Origin: an uncultured Verrucomicrobiae bacterium
GTDB lineage: Bacteria > Verrucomicrobiota > Verrucomicrobiia > Chthoniobacterales > UBA10450
Length of the DNA stretch: 64,000 nt
Assembly: GCA_963801815.1 (NCBI GenBank)
Contig: CAWDGJ010000003.1
Coordinates: forward strand, 64,001 to 128,000
Reading direction: 5' to 3'
How positions within the stretch are numbered: position 1 is the first letter of the stretch; every line of letters begins with the position of its first letter. Below are positions 1 through 8,596 of the stretch, piece after piece. Position numbers and translations under genes: made by a program. The notes under the pieces were generated by a model, which saw nothing but the letters and a program-made list of their open reading frames with translations, was not told the DNA's origin and did not search any database.

Positions 1-843
1 GTTGAGTTTCGATTCCAAGTTTTTGAGCCCGGTCACTTCGTCCGGAATCAGGACGAGGAACTGCAATTCGCTCCCGGAGTAGGGGACGCTAATCGCAGCG
101 TATCCTTCGCGCTTGGCGTAGCCGAACATTTTTTGATTCTCCATCGTCGGCACATCGACCGGCGCGCCACCGCGCACATGAAATGGTTTCGGTTTCGTGA
201 CGGCGTCGTTGAATTCCCGGGCCCACGGCGCCTTGAGATAAATCGCGTTCGCCAGCACAAGTCGCGTCAATTCCTTGATGCCGCCCCGCGGAATTAAATC
301 GCGGATCTTGTCGCGCGTTTGCTCCGCGACCCATTGGTTGATGTGTGCCCGGGCCGACTCCGGATCTTGCTTGAAATCGAGCGTTTCAAATGGCGCGCCG
401 TAGAATTTTTTCACCAACTCACGGAATGGATCGCGAAAATCGTAGCCGCTCTGTGCAAACAACCGGTTCGCGACCGCCAGCGTGATAGGCTCGCTCGGAC
501 CGCTTCTTTTCTTTGATTCATCGGCAATCTTCTTTGTCTTCTCCGACATTTCGCCAAGCGAACGTTGTAGCGAAGCGAACGAAGCGTGGATCGCGTCTCC
601 ATCCGGCGGAAAATGGAGGACCCGCGCCATTTCCGTACGCGTTTCGCCGTCCGCGCCGGCAAACGTCATGGCGAGCGCGGTTTCGATCGAATACGGCGAC
701 AAACAAAGATTTTCTTCGCCGATTGCGAGTTGACGGTAAAGATCGATGCCGAGCTGATTCGTTGCCTTTGCAGCGAGATCGAAGTCCGCAGCATGAAGCC
801 AAGCTGCGACAGTGCAAAAGAGAGCGACGATCAATTTCCGCAT
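1..843 (-). CDS. Serpin (serine protease inhibitor family) with signal peptide; 3' end runs off the window
   Basis: Manual translation (absent from the ORF track): MRKLIVALFCTVAAWLHAADFDLAAKATNQLGIDLYRQL...ENLCLSPYSIETALAMTFAGADGETRTEM...INQWVAEQTRDKIRDLI...LVLANAIYLKAPW...F...VPTM. These are the serpin SPxSI, INxWVxxxT and NAIYxKxxW motifs. Confidence 0.93.
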   Translation of the reverse strand, partial: MRKLIVALFCTVAAWLHAADFDLAAKATNQLGIDLYRQLAIGEENLCLSPYSIETALAMTFAGADGETRTEMARVLHFPPDGDAIHASFASLQRSLGEMSEKTKKIADESKKRSGPSEPITLAVANRLFAQSGYDFRDPFRELVKKFYGAPFETLDFKQDPESARAHINQWVAEQTRDKIRDLIPRGGIKELTRLVLANAIYLKAPWAREFNDAVTKPKPFHVRGGAPVDVPTMENQKMFGYAKREGYAAISVPYSGSELQFLVLIPDEVTGLKNLESKLN

Positions 844-960
844 TGCAGCCGAACTCCTATCACGGCGGCGGTTGGGATTGAAACCAAAACGGCACGCCGC
901 GCGCCCGCCCTACAATCTTGCGGCGGCCCTCAACGTGGATTAGAAAATCCTTTCCCGCGC

Positions 961-1033
961 GGGTCGGTAGCTCAATCGGTAGAGCAGCGCCCTTTTAAGG
1001 CGTTGGTTCCGGGTTCGAGTCCCGGCCGACCCA
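961..1033 (+). tRNA. tRNA-Lys (anticodon UUU); CCA end not encoded
   Basis: Cloverleaf with acceptor GGGTCGG/CCGACCC, D arm GCTC-AATCGGTA-GAGC, anticodon stem GCGCC/GGCGT with loop CTTTTAA, and T arm CCGGG-TTCGAGT-CCCGG. The discriminator A is followed by TGC. Confidence 0.97.
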
Positions 1034-1040
1034 TGCTTCC

Positions 1041-1099
1041 TGTAGCGGCGCTCTATCAGCGCCGCATTATTAGTCCGGCGGTCACAGACCGCCCCTACA
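1041..1099. repeat. GTAG-type REP-like double hairpin
   Basis: TGTAG-CGGCGCT-CTATC-AGCGCCG ... GGCGGTC-ACA-GACCGCC-C-CTACA, bounded by GTAG/CTAC. Lies between the convergent tRNA and HAD genes. Confidence 0.7.
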
Positions 1100-1781
1100 G
1101 AATTTTGAGCAAATCGCGCAGCGAGTTTTTCGCCCGCTTCAGTTTGAAAATCGACAATCCGGCTCCGCTCGCAGCTTTCCAATCGCGTTCCGGGTCGTCA
1201 CCGACATGCAACGCTTCGCTCGCTTCAAGTTTTATGAACTTCAGGGCGCGCCGGAAGATTTCCGGATTCGGCTTGTCGGCGCCGATCTCGCTGGAAACGA
1301 AAACATGCGAGAAAAATTTCGAAATGCCGAGGTGCTCGAGGATCATTCGCAGCCGCCCATCGAAATTCGAAACAACGGCAAGTTGAAATCGTGACCGCAA
1401 TTTCTCCAAAACTTCGACCACCTCCGGGTAAAGCTCCCAGACGCCGGCTTCGGCGAAGTGTTCGTAGGCGATCTCAAAAAAATTATCGCGGTCCAATTCG
1501 CTCAGCGCCGGCGCAACATCATCGAGCACTCGCTCGACGACTTCGTGCCACCAATCTTTGTCGTCGTTCTCGCGTGGGCCATCGACGGGCATTCGCGCCG
1601 GCATCGAGCTCCACGCTTCAGCGAAGGCGCGGTCCAGTTTTGCCGCGTTCAAGTTTAATCCAAGTTCGTTCCCAACGAGCGCATAATGATGCCCGACGTT
1701 GTGGGTGAGGTAAAAGAGGGTGCCCATCGCGTCGAAAAAGATCGCTTTTGGCTGCGTCTCGCTTTTGTTTTGTTTAGCCAT
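1095..1781 (-). CDS. HAD-superfamily hydrolase (subfamily IA)
   Basis: AIFFDAMGTL (motif I), VVSNFD, KPNPEIF, HVGDDPERD. Start placed at MAKQNK. Confidence 0.88.
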   Translation of the reverse strand: MAKQNKSETQPKAIFFDAMGTLFYLTHNVGHHYALVGNELGLNLNAAKLDRAFAEAWSSMPARMPVDGPRENDDKDWWHEVVERVLDDVAPALSELDRDNFFEIAYEHFAEAGVWELYPEVVEVLEKLRSRFQLAVVSNFDGRLRMILEHLGISKFFSHVFVSSEIGADKPNPEIFRRALKFIKLEASEALHVGDDPERDWKAASGAGLSIFKLKRAKNSLRDLLKIL

Positions 1782-2235
1782 GAATTCCGCTAATCGATGG
1801 AAAATCGCTTTCCTCGTCCTCGCAAGCTTTGTTGCGGGCGCGGTGACCGGCGCATTTCTAATCATGGGCTCGGCGAAGGACGAGATGCGTCGCCAGCGCG
1901 ATCCGCTTCGATGGTTCACCAACACGCCAGACCGCTGGCGCAGCCAAATGAAACTGACGCCGGACCAAGACCAGAAAATCCGTCCGATTTTGCAGGAGAT
2001 CGACGATGAACTGGCCAGCCGGCGGGCGGTGAATCTTCGCGAGACGGAGGGAATTCTTTCGCGCGGGGAAGATCGGATCTCGGCAATCCTGACGCCAGAC
2101 CAGCGGTCGCAGCTTCATCAAACGTTTGAGCAACGCCGGCAACGCGTTCGCGATTGGATGGGCGTGGAGGGTCAGCAAGAGCAATCGGAGTCGGCAGAGT
2201 CCTCACCTCAATCCTCCCCGGTCGCCAGCCCATAG
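1780..2235 (+). CDS. Membrane-anchored helical protein (Spy/CpxP-like helical hairpin), function unknown
   Basis: One N-terminal TM segment (WKIAFLVLASFVAGAVTG), then LTPDQ..IRPIL and ILTPDQ motifs and a Ser/Pro tail. Confidence 0.65.
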   Translation: MNSANRWKIAFLVLASFVAGAVTGAFLIMGSAKDEMRRQRDPLRWFTNTPDRWRSQMKLTPDQDQKIRPILQEIDDELASRRAVNLRETEGILSRGEDRISAILTPDQRSQLHQTFEQRRQRVRDWMGVEGQQEQSESAESSPQSSPVASP

Positions 2236-2346
2236 AAGCTACAAAGCGACAGGTAAGGGTATTCAATAAAGCGGTCGCCAGTAAAAATTGTTTCCGTTCA
2301 AGTGGCGCTGGTTGGACAATCTAGCCCGGACATCGGATTAGTTTGC

Positions 2347-3438
2347 ATGCTGCCGGTTGAGCACAACGATCCGATCAACGCCAAGATTCTCGCGATATCG
2401 GAGGACAAAATCGAAGGCTTTGTGCGCGAGCCGTTCGAAGAAATCGCGCGTCGCTCGGGCGTGGATGTCGATGATGTAATGGCGCGGATCGCGGCGATGC
2501 TCCGCGCGGGCACGATTCGGCGCGTTCGGCAGACTCTTCTGGCCACCAATCTCGCCGACGGCGCACTGGTCGCCTGGAAAGTTCCGGAAGACAAAATCGA
2601 CAGTGCATTCGATTTTATGTCTCAGCGGGATCCGTTCTCCGGTCACGTGGTCGTGCGCTCTACCGACACCGTCACTGCCGGCTCGGAATACAAACTTTGG
2701 ACGACGTTAAAGGTGCCACACGGATTTTCGCTGGAGAAGCATTGCGAGTTGCTGACAAAGAAAGTTGGCGCGCAAAAATTCCGGATCATGCCGGCGAAAG
2801 GAATTTTCACGCTCGGGGTCGGCCACGTTCGCCGGAAAACAATCGAGCCGGGCGAGAAAGCGGATGGGCCCGCGAAAATGATCCGCGTGGAAGTGGTCGA
2901 TCTTAGCGAACATGAATGGGAAATTTTGCTGGCATTGAAGCGCGAGCTTGCGCCGGAAGAAATTCGACCGCGTCCCTGGGCAGCTCGCGCGCAGGAAGCC
3001 GGCGTCAGTCTTGATGAGTTTTTCCGGGTGGCTGAAGATTTGAGCGTGCGCAAAATCATCGGACGTTTCTCGACATTTCTTGAGCACGTGAAGCCGTCGC
3101 AAACCGGCGTCCGTGTCACACGTTTCAATGCGCTTTTCCACTGGGCGGTGCCAACTGGCCGCGAAATTGAAACCGGTGGTGAAGTAGGCCGTCACCATAT
3201 CCTGACGCATTGCTATTGGCGGGAGGCCGGCCCTGAATTTAAGAACGTGAATATCATGGCCGTGGCTCACGGTACTGAGAAACCGCGTTTGCTCGAACAT
3301 AAGGCGGCGATCGATCGGCATCTCGCGGCCTGCGGCATTCCGGTTTCTTACACGAATGTTTTCTGGGGCGGACGCAGCGAGATCAAGCCATCGGAAATTT
3401 CTCCCAAGGTTTATCGCGAGTGGCTGGCACGAGCATGA
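2347..3438 (+). CDS. Tandem Lrp/AsnC-like protein, probable siroheme decarboxylase (AhbA/AhbB, NirDL-type fusion)
   Basis: Two HTH plus AsnC-like repeats: PFEEIA..G....V...LRAGTIRR, ALVAWKVP, HVVVR; second half PWAARAQEAG, IIGRF, THCYWR, NIMAVAHG. Confidence 0.7.
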   Translation: MLPVEHNDPINAKILAISEDKIEGFVREPFEEIARRSGVDVDDVMARIAAMLRAGTIRRVRQTLLATNLADGALVAWKVPEDKIDSAFDFMSQRDPFSGHVVVRSTDTVTAGSEYKLWTTLKVPHGFSLEKHCELLTKKVGAQKFRIMPAKGIFTLGVGHVRRKTIEPGEKADGPAKMIRVEVVDLSEHEWEILLALKRELAPEEIRPRPWAARAQEAGVSLDEFFRVAEDLSVRKIIGRFSTFLEHVKPSQTGVRVTRFNALFHWAVPTGREIETGGEVGRHHILTHCYWREAGPEFKNVNIMAVAHGTEKPRLLEHKAAIDRHLAACGIPVSYTNVFWGGRSEIKPSEISPKVYREWLARA

Positions 3439-3442
3439 GTAC

Positions 3443-3525
3443 TGTGGCGGCAGGCGTCTCACCTGCGATAATCAGTCGATTTGCAGCCGAGGACAGTGCC
3501 AGTCCGGCTCGGACCTGCATCCATA
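3443..3525. repeat. Degenerate REP-like palindromic element
   Basis: TGTGGCG-GCAGG-CGTCTCA-CCTGC ... TGCAGCCGA ... Resembles the 8793-8855 element (GCGGCCGACACGG) and contains TGCCAGTCCGG, also found on the opposite strand near 16259-16269. Confidence 0.45.
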
Positions 3526-3526
3526 G

Positions 3527-4579
3527 ATGAAAACGCTCGTCGAAAAACTTCGGGCCGAACTAGACCTCACCAGTGCGGATGTCGATGCCGCGGTCACTCA
3601 GTTGTTGTCCAATGAAGTCGACGATGAACTCAAAGCTGAGTTTCTAACGGCACTGCACAAAAAAGGTGAAACTGCGGAGGAGATCGTCGCCTTTGTTCGG
3701 CCGCTGATGAAGCGCGCAGTCGATCCGATGATCGATCCCGCGCAGCTGCCCGGGCCGATGGTCGACATTTGCGGAACCGGCGGCGACGGGCTGAGTTTTT
3801 TCAACGTTTCAACGGCCGCCATGTTTGTGGTCGCGGCTGGCGGGGCGGTGGTTGCGAAACATGGCAATCGCCGCGTGACTTCGAATTGCGGCAGTGCCGA
3901 TGTTCTTGAGCAACTCGGAATCGCAATCGAACTCACGCCCGGGCAACTTAATGAAAGCCTGAAGCGTCACGGTCTCGGTTTCATTTTCGCGCGAAAATAT
4001 CATCCGGCGTTCGGCGCGCTCGCAGCGATGCGCGAACATCTGGCAGGGCAAAAAACGCGCACCGTTTTCAATTTGCTCGGACCGTTGCTCAATCCAGCCC
4101 GGCCGTCGCGGCAATTGATCGGCGTTTTCGAGCCGCGCTTAACCGGAATGTTCGCCGATGTGCTTCAACAAATGGGATGCAAGCGGGCGTGGATCGTCCA
4201 CGGGCTCGGCGACGAAGGCGCAGGAATGGACGACATCTCGATCAGCGGTGCGACGACGATTGCGGAATTAATTGATGGAAAAGTGAACCTGGCAGTTTTG
4301 GATGTCAGCTGGCTGGGCGTCGCGCGCGCGTCAGTAAGCGAGTTGCAAGGTGGTGACGCGCGACAAAATGCGGAGACGATCGAGGGGATTCTCTCCGGAG
4401 AAATTCAGGGGGCTAAGCGGGAAATGACCGTCGTGAATGCTGCCGGCGGATTTGTTGTTGCGGGCCGGGCAGGTGATTTGAAAGAGGCGATCGAACTGGC
4501 GCGCGAAGAAATCGATAGCGGACGCGCACTCGAGAAACTGCGCGCGTTGCAGAATTTTCAGCCGAAGAGTTCGGCGTAA
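3527..4579 (+). CDS. trpD: Anthranilate phosphoribosyltransferase
   Basis: DICGTGGDG, FNVST, VAKHGNR, GSADVLE, RTVFNLLGPLLNP. Confidence 0.97.
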   Translation: MKTLVEKLRAELDLTSADVDAAVTQLLSNEVDDELKAEFLTALHKKGETAEEIVAFVRPLMKRAVDPMIDPAQLPGPMVDICGTGGDGLSFFNVSTAAMFVVAAGGAVVAKHGNRRVTSNCGSADVLEQLGIAIELTPGQLNESLKRHGLGFIFARKYHPAFGALAAMREHLAGQKTRTVFNLLGPLLNPARPSRQLIGVFEPRLTGMFADVLQQMGCKRAWIVHGLGDEGAGMDDISISGATTIAELIDGKVNLAVLDVSWLGVARASVSELQGGDARQNAETIEGILSGEIQGAKREMTVVNAAGGFVVAGRAGDLKEAIELAREEIDSGRALEKLRALQNFQPKSSA

Positions 4580-5157
4580 GTCCGGTCGAGATTTCGCAAC
4601 AAGGCCAGTGCGATCAGGTGTCGATCTAACCGTGCGCGGCGAACAATCGCGATGGAAGTAGCGCGCCCGCGCAGTTCTTCCGAAAACTCGCCTGGCGAAT
4701 GATTCACGTTCACGCCTACTCCGACAACAGCCACGTGCGGCGCATCCGGTTGAGCCCGCATTTCCACAAGGACACCGGCGATCTTGTGCTCATTAATATA
4801 GACGTCGTTCGGCGGACGCACAGTCGCCGGCAGATCGAATTCGTCGTGCAACGTCTCTGCGATCATCGCCGCTACCCAGGTGGTCAGGCGCGCTGAGTCT
4901 TTGATGTCGATCTTCGGTCGGAGCAGGATCGAAAACGACAGGCCTTTGCCGGGGACGGATTCCCATTTATTTCCGCGCCGGCCCCGCCCGGAGGTTTGAT
5001 GCTCGGCAAAAACGCAAAGACCTTCCGGCCAATCGCCCGCCGCCATTTGCCCGATCACGTCATTGGTGGATCCCGTTTGTTCAAGGACGATGACCTCGCG
5101 GCCAATGATGAGCCCGCCGCGCAACTTCTCCGCGCGAAGTCGATCACGCAGCGGCAT
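4558..5157 (-). CDS. birA: Biotin-[acetyl-CoA-carboxylase] ligase (no HTH domain)
   Basis: GSTND, AEHQTSGRGRRGNKW, PNDVY...KIAGVLVE, GVGVNVN. Confidence 0.92.
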   Translation of the reverse strand: MPLRDRLRAEKLRGGLIIGREVIVLEQTGSTNDVIGQMAAGDWPEGLCVFAEHQTSGRGRRGNKWESVPGKGLSFSILLRPKIDIKDSARLTTWVAAMIAETLHDEFDLPATVRPPNDVYINEHKIAGVLVEMRAQPDAPHVAVVGVGVNVNHSPGEFSEELRGRATSIAIVRRARLDRHLIALALLRNLDRTYAELFG

Positions 5158-5995
5158 GGTTGATCTCGAGAGAAAAATCGATCGCCCGCGGAGAATGGGT
5201 GAGCGCGCCGATGGAAATGTAATCGACCCCGGTGGCAGCGATTTGGCGGATGTTCTTCAAGGTGATTCCACCGCTGGCTTCGAATTTCATTTTTCGTTTC
5301 TTGCCGAGTGCGATCGCTTCGCGGATTTCCGCCGGCTTCATGTTGTCGAGCAAGATCATATCGACGCCATCGATATTCAGGATAGCGTGAACCTGTTCCA
5401 GTTTGTCGGCTTCGACTTCGATCTTCAGATTCGGGTACGCTTCCCGGAATTTTCGGACAGCTTTCGCAAACGTGTCGAAGTTGGCGTTGAGAGCCAGGTG
5501 ATTGTCCTTGATCAATGCCATGTCGAATAAACCGAAGCGATGATTGGTTCCTCCACCCGCGACGACAGCAGCCTTTTCCAATGCGCGAATGCCGGGCGTC
5601 GTTTTGCGAGTATCGAGAATCTTCACATGTTTGTTCGCCGCGGCGTCGACAAATGTTCGCGTAAGCGTCGCGATTCCGGACAGGTGCTGCAAAAAATTCA
5701 GCGCGACGCGCTCACCCTTCAGGATGGAGCTGGCCTGTCCTCGCACTTCCATCACGCTTTCGCCGGCGCTTATTTCGGTCCCGTCTTTTGGCAACACACT
5801 AACTTTTAGATCTTTGTCGATTCGGCGAAAGACTTCGGCAGCCGTTTGAGCTCCGGCGAGTATGGCGCGCTCACGAGCCACAATTTTCGCGGAAGCCTGT
5901 GCGTTCTTCGGAACAAAAAACTCCGTGGTTACGTCGCCGTCGCCGATGTCTTCGCGCAATGCGACATCGATTGGATCGACAATCGGCGGTTTCAT
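5144..5995 (-). CDS. nadC: Nicotinate-nucleotide pyrophosphorylase (carboxylating)
   Basis: ALREDIGDGDVTT, ERVALNFLQHLSGIAT, DTRKTTPG, HRFGL, IKDNH, EVEAD, LLDNM, EASGGIT. Start MKPP overlaps the guaD stop (ATGA). Confidence 0.97.
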   Translation of the reverse strand: MKPPIVDPIDVALREDIGDGDVTTEFFVPKNAQASAKIVARERAILAGAQTAAEVFRRIDKDLKVSVLPKDGTEISAGESVMEVRGQASSILKGERVALNFLQHLSGIATLTRTFVDAAANKHVKILDTRKTTPGIRALEKAAVVAGGGTNHRFGLFDMALIKDNHLALNANFDTFAKAVRKFREAYPNLKIEVEADKLEQVHAILNIDGVDMILLDNMKPAEIREAIALGKKRKMKFEASGGITLKNIRQIAATGVDYISIGALTHSPRAIDFSLEINHAAA

Positions 5996-7332
5996 TGTCG
6001 TTGCTCGGGATGCGGCGCCTGGTAAATGCAGCGCCCGCGGACGTAGGTTGCGAGATTTGCCTGTGGTCCGCCGCGATAAATGCACAGCGAGACAACGTCT
6101 TCGGCGGAGAGCCTGGCCAGGCCGTTGTGGTTTGGGTAAGGCAGAAGACCCGCGAGGTCGACAACGATCAGGTCCGCTTCCTTTCCGGCCTCAAGCGTCC
6201 CAATGGCTTTCGCTTTGCCGAGCGCACGAGCGCCGCCGTGGGTGGCCAGATAGAACGCTTCACTTGGACGAAGCGGCCGCAGGTTGGGTTCGTAAGCAGT
6301 CCGTGCTTTTTGCACTTCAATCGCCGCGCGCATCACCTGCCACATATTCAATTCCGGCCCGCCGGCGACGTCCGATCCGAGTCCGACATTGATTCCGGCT
6401 TTCAAAAGCTGGTCGAGTTTCATCAGGCCACTGCCAAGAAAGAGATTCGAGCTCGGGCAGTGGGCCACACTGGATTGCGCCGCCGCGATGGCGGCGATCT
6501 CGCGCGGATTCAAGTGAATGCAATGGCCGAGCACGGTGCGTGGAGTCAGAAGGCCGCATTTTTCGTAGACGTGGGTGTAATCGCGCGCGCTCATGTGAAG
6601 GTGGTGCACCTTTTCCAGTTCTTCGCGATTTTCCGCCAAATGCGTTTGGAGATAGGCGCCGAGCCGCGCCGCCAGTTCCGCCGCGCCACGCATGAGCTTG
6701 TCCGAACAGGTGACCGCAAATCGCGGGCTGAAAGCGTATTCCAGCCGACCCTCCGCAGCGCGATGCCACTTGCGGCAGAGCCGTTCGCTTTCGAGAAGAG
6801 AAATAGAAAGCACCTTTTTTGGCTGAATCTGTCCGTAGGAGCCGAGATCCATCATCATTTTGCCAAGAATGGTGCGCACTCCGCTTTGAAGCGCCGCTTC
6901 GAAACCGATGTCGCAGCTGTCTTCGTATATCGCCGCGTATGCCATCACCGTGGTTGTGCCGTTTCGCGCCAGCTCACGGAAAAATAGCGGCGCTTCCGCG
7001 CGCGCCTTTGGCCCGGTGAAATCGCGTTCGACTGGGAAAATGTGTTGTCGCAGCCAGGGCAGCAGTTCGCTCTCCCCTCGGGCAACAACTGAGTACTGAG
7101 GCAAATGAGTGTGGCAATCGATCAGCCCTGGGAAGATCGCCGCCGGTCTTCGATCGATCCACGGAATTGAGTTTGGCGGCTGCAGCCGGCGGACATCGTC
7201 ATAATCTCCGACTTGCAAGATTCGGCCGTTTTCGACAAGGACGGCGCCATTCGGCCGTCCCCGCAAGGTCCCGAACTCCGGCGTATCGATCAGAAATCCG
7301 CGGAGGCCGAATCGGCTAGTGTTGCTCTGCAT
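5992..7332 (-). CDS. guaD: Guanine deaminase (amidohydrolase)
   Basis: PGLIDCHTHLPQ, LLPWL..IFPVE, SPRFAVTCS, QTHLAEN, HCPSSNLFLGSG, GLGSDVAGG. Confidence 0.88.
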   Translation of the reverse strand: MQSNTSRFGLRGFLIDTPEFGTLRGRPNGAVLVENGRILQVGDYDDVRRLQPPNSIPWIDRRPAAIFPGLIDCHTHLPQYSVVARGESELLPWLRQHIFPVERDFTGPKARAEAPLFFRELARNGTTTVMAYAAIYEDSCDIGFEAALQSGVRTILGKMMMDLGSYGQIQPKKVLSISLLESERLCRKWHRAAEGRLEYAFSPRFAVTCSDKLMRGAAELAARLGAYLQTHLAENREELEKVHHLHMSARDYTHVYEKCGLLTPRTVLGHCIHLNPREIAAIAAAQSSVAHCPSSNLFLGSGLMKLDQLLKAGINVGLGSDVAGGPELNMWQVMRAAIEVQKARTAYEPNLRPLRPSEAFYLATHGGARALGKAKAIGTLEAGKEADLIVVDLAGLLPYPNHNGLARLSAEDVVSLCIYRGGPQANLATYVRGRCIYQAPHPEQRQ

Positions 7333-7402
7333 AACCGCGGCCGCTATGAAAGCATTTCAGCTGGCTAAGCCGCAACATCGCAATTGGAGAGGGGCCTTGA
7401 AG

Positions 7403-7483
7403 AAAAAAAAGATTCGGGCAGCGCACGCCAAGGAGAAACAGCAAATACGAGAAACGTGCAACCGCCCGAATCGCCTTAACCTG
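7403..7483 (-). ncRNA. Candidate small RNA or attenuator: long hairpin with a pyrimidine-rich loop and U8 tail
   Basis: Minus strand GATTCGGGCGGTTGCACG - 27-nt loop TTTCTCGTATTTGCTGTTTCTCCTTGG - CGTGCGCTGCCCGAATC-TTTTTTTT. The 17-bp stem has G-U pairs that form only on the minus strand. An ECF-type promoter lies directly upstream. Confidence 0.55.
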
Positions 7484-7488
7484 TTTAA

Positions 7489-7515
7489 TTGGACAGCGGG
7501 CGTTGTCTGGCGTTC
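7489..7515 (-). promoter_or_regulatory. ECF (sigmaE-like) promoter, site 1
   Basis: Minus strand GAAC-gccagacaacgcccgct(17)-GTCCAA; same motif and spacing as the sites at 21349 and 33880. Confidence 0.6.
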
Positions 7516-7566
7516 GAATTTTTTACGATTTTTTCGGACACGCGAAAAGTCCAGTGCATCAACAGC

Positions 7567-8487
7567 TTATAGCTTGAGTTCCGCCTGGGTCGAGATCGCG
7601 ACCTTGGCAGCTTCGGCCTTGACCTCTTCCAGCAGCGACTTGAATTCGCATTTTTCGAGTTCTTTAATCAACGCCGGGTAGTCGGGCTGGATTGTGAGGT
7701 CGTCGATCGGCAGCGGCAGTTCCATGTGGCAATCGAGGGCGACCATTGCGCGGTTTTGCAGAATCTGCTCCCGCGCGGCGGTGAGTTTGAGTCGCATTTT
7801 GTCACTTTTGACTTTGTCGACGTTCGCCAGCAGTTGGTCGAGCCCCCCGAAATCTCGAATCAGGGCGCTCCCCGTCTTGCGCCCGAGACCGGCCACTCCG
7901 GGAATGTTATCGACCGAATCGCCGGTCAACGCGAGGACGTCGCCAATCAAGTTCGGTGGCACCTCCCATTTCGCGGTCGCTTCTTTTTCGCCGAGCAACG
8001 CGAAGGCGTCCTTTGGCGAGGGGAGGTCGGCCTTGGCTGTCGTGTAAACTTTTACACACGGCCCGATCAATTGGTACAGATCCTTGTCGTTGGTTGCGAG
8101 AATCACTTCCATGCCTTTGCGTTTGCAGGCAGTCATCGCGTAACAGCCCATCAAATCGTCCGCCTCGGTGTTTGGCAGCGAGATATTTTTGAACCCGAGA
8201 AGCGATGTCAATCTGCTTTGAATGAAGTCGAGTTGCGGCACCATGGGCAACGGCATTTCCTTGCGCGTTTCCTTGTAGGCCGGCTGTAATTTCACCCGCC
8301 GCTCCGGCATTCCCTCGTCCCAAAACACGGCGCCCAGATCGGGCTGCAGATGCTTGATCATCAACCGCAGCGTTTTGGTGAAGCCGAAAATCGCATTCGT
8401 TGGTTCGCCGCGCGAGTTGGACAGGTTCGGGATCGCGAAGAACGACCGGTAAACGTAGTAATGTCCGTCTATTAAGAGAAGTTTCAT
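7567..8487 (-). CDS. Stand-alone 5'-3' exonuclease / flap endonuclease (PolA N-terminal-like)
   Basis: LLIDG..YVYRSFFA, YKETR, EADDLMG, DKDLYQL, LTGDSVDNIPGV.GLGRKT. No polymerase domain. Confidence 0.92.
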   Translation of the reverse strand: MKLLLIDGHYYVYRSFFAIPNLSNSRGEPTNAIFGFTKTLRLMIKHLQPDLGAVFWDEGMPERRVKLQPAYKETRKEMPLPMVPQLDFIQSRLTSLLGFKNISLPNTEADDLMGCYAMTACKRKGMEVILATNDKDLYQLIGPCVKVYTTAKADLPSPKDAFALLGEKEATAKWEVPPNLIGDVLALTGDSVDNIPGVAGLGRKTGSALIRDFGGLDQLLANVDKVKSDKMRLKLTAAREQILQNRAMVALDCHMELPLPIDDLTIQPDYPALIKELEKCEFKSLLEEVKAEAAKVAISTQAELKL

Positions 8488-8493
8488 TGACTA

Positions 8494-8582
8494 GACAGGA
8501 TTCACTCGATTCCGAGGATTTCAAAATTCAGAAAGTGTAGCTTGTTCCAACAAATCTCTCTGTTAATCCCTCAAATCCTGTC
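8494..8582. repeat. Inverted-repeat element with degenerate 9-mer arms
   Basis: GACAGGATT ... AATCCTGTC terminal inverted repeat with internal GGATT/AATCC subunits, in a divergent intergenic region. Confidence 0.55.
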
Positions 8583-8596
8583 AAATTATCACGCTG

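Noticed and set aside
961..1100. tRNA-Lys as an integration site for an island
   Set aside because: No integrase, no duplicated tRNA 3' end seen, and ordinary flanking genes.
586..1386. 266-aa plus-strand ORF
   Set aside because: It runs across the serpin, the tRNA and the HAD gene and has no recognisable motifs; a shadow ORF.
5899..6987. Long antisense ORFs (here 362 aa; also 26340-27383, 40835-41851, 35819-36664, 17295-18089)
   Set aside because: They mirror well-supported genes on the opposite strand, which is expected at high GC.
7319..7681. 120-aa plus-strand ORF across the guaD-exonuclease gap
   Set aside because: It overlaps both neighbours, has no motifs, and the region is better explained by the promoter and hairpin RNA.
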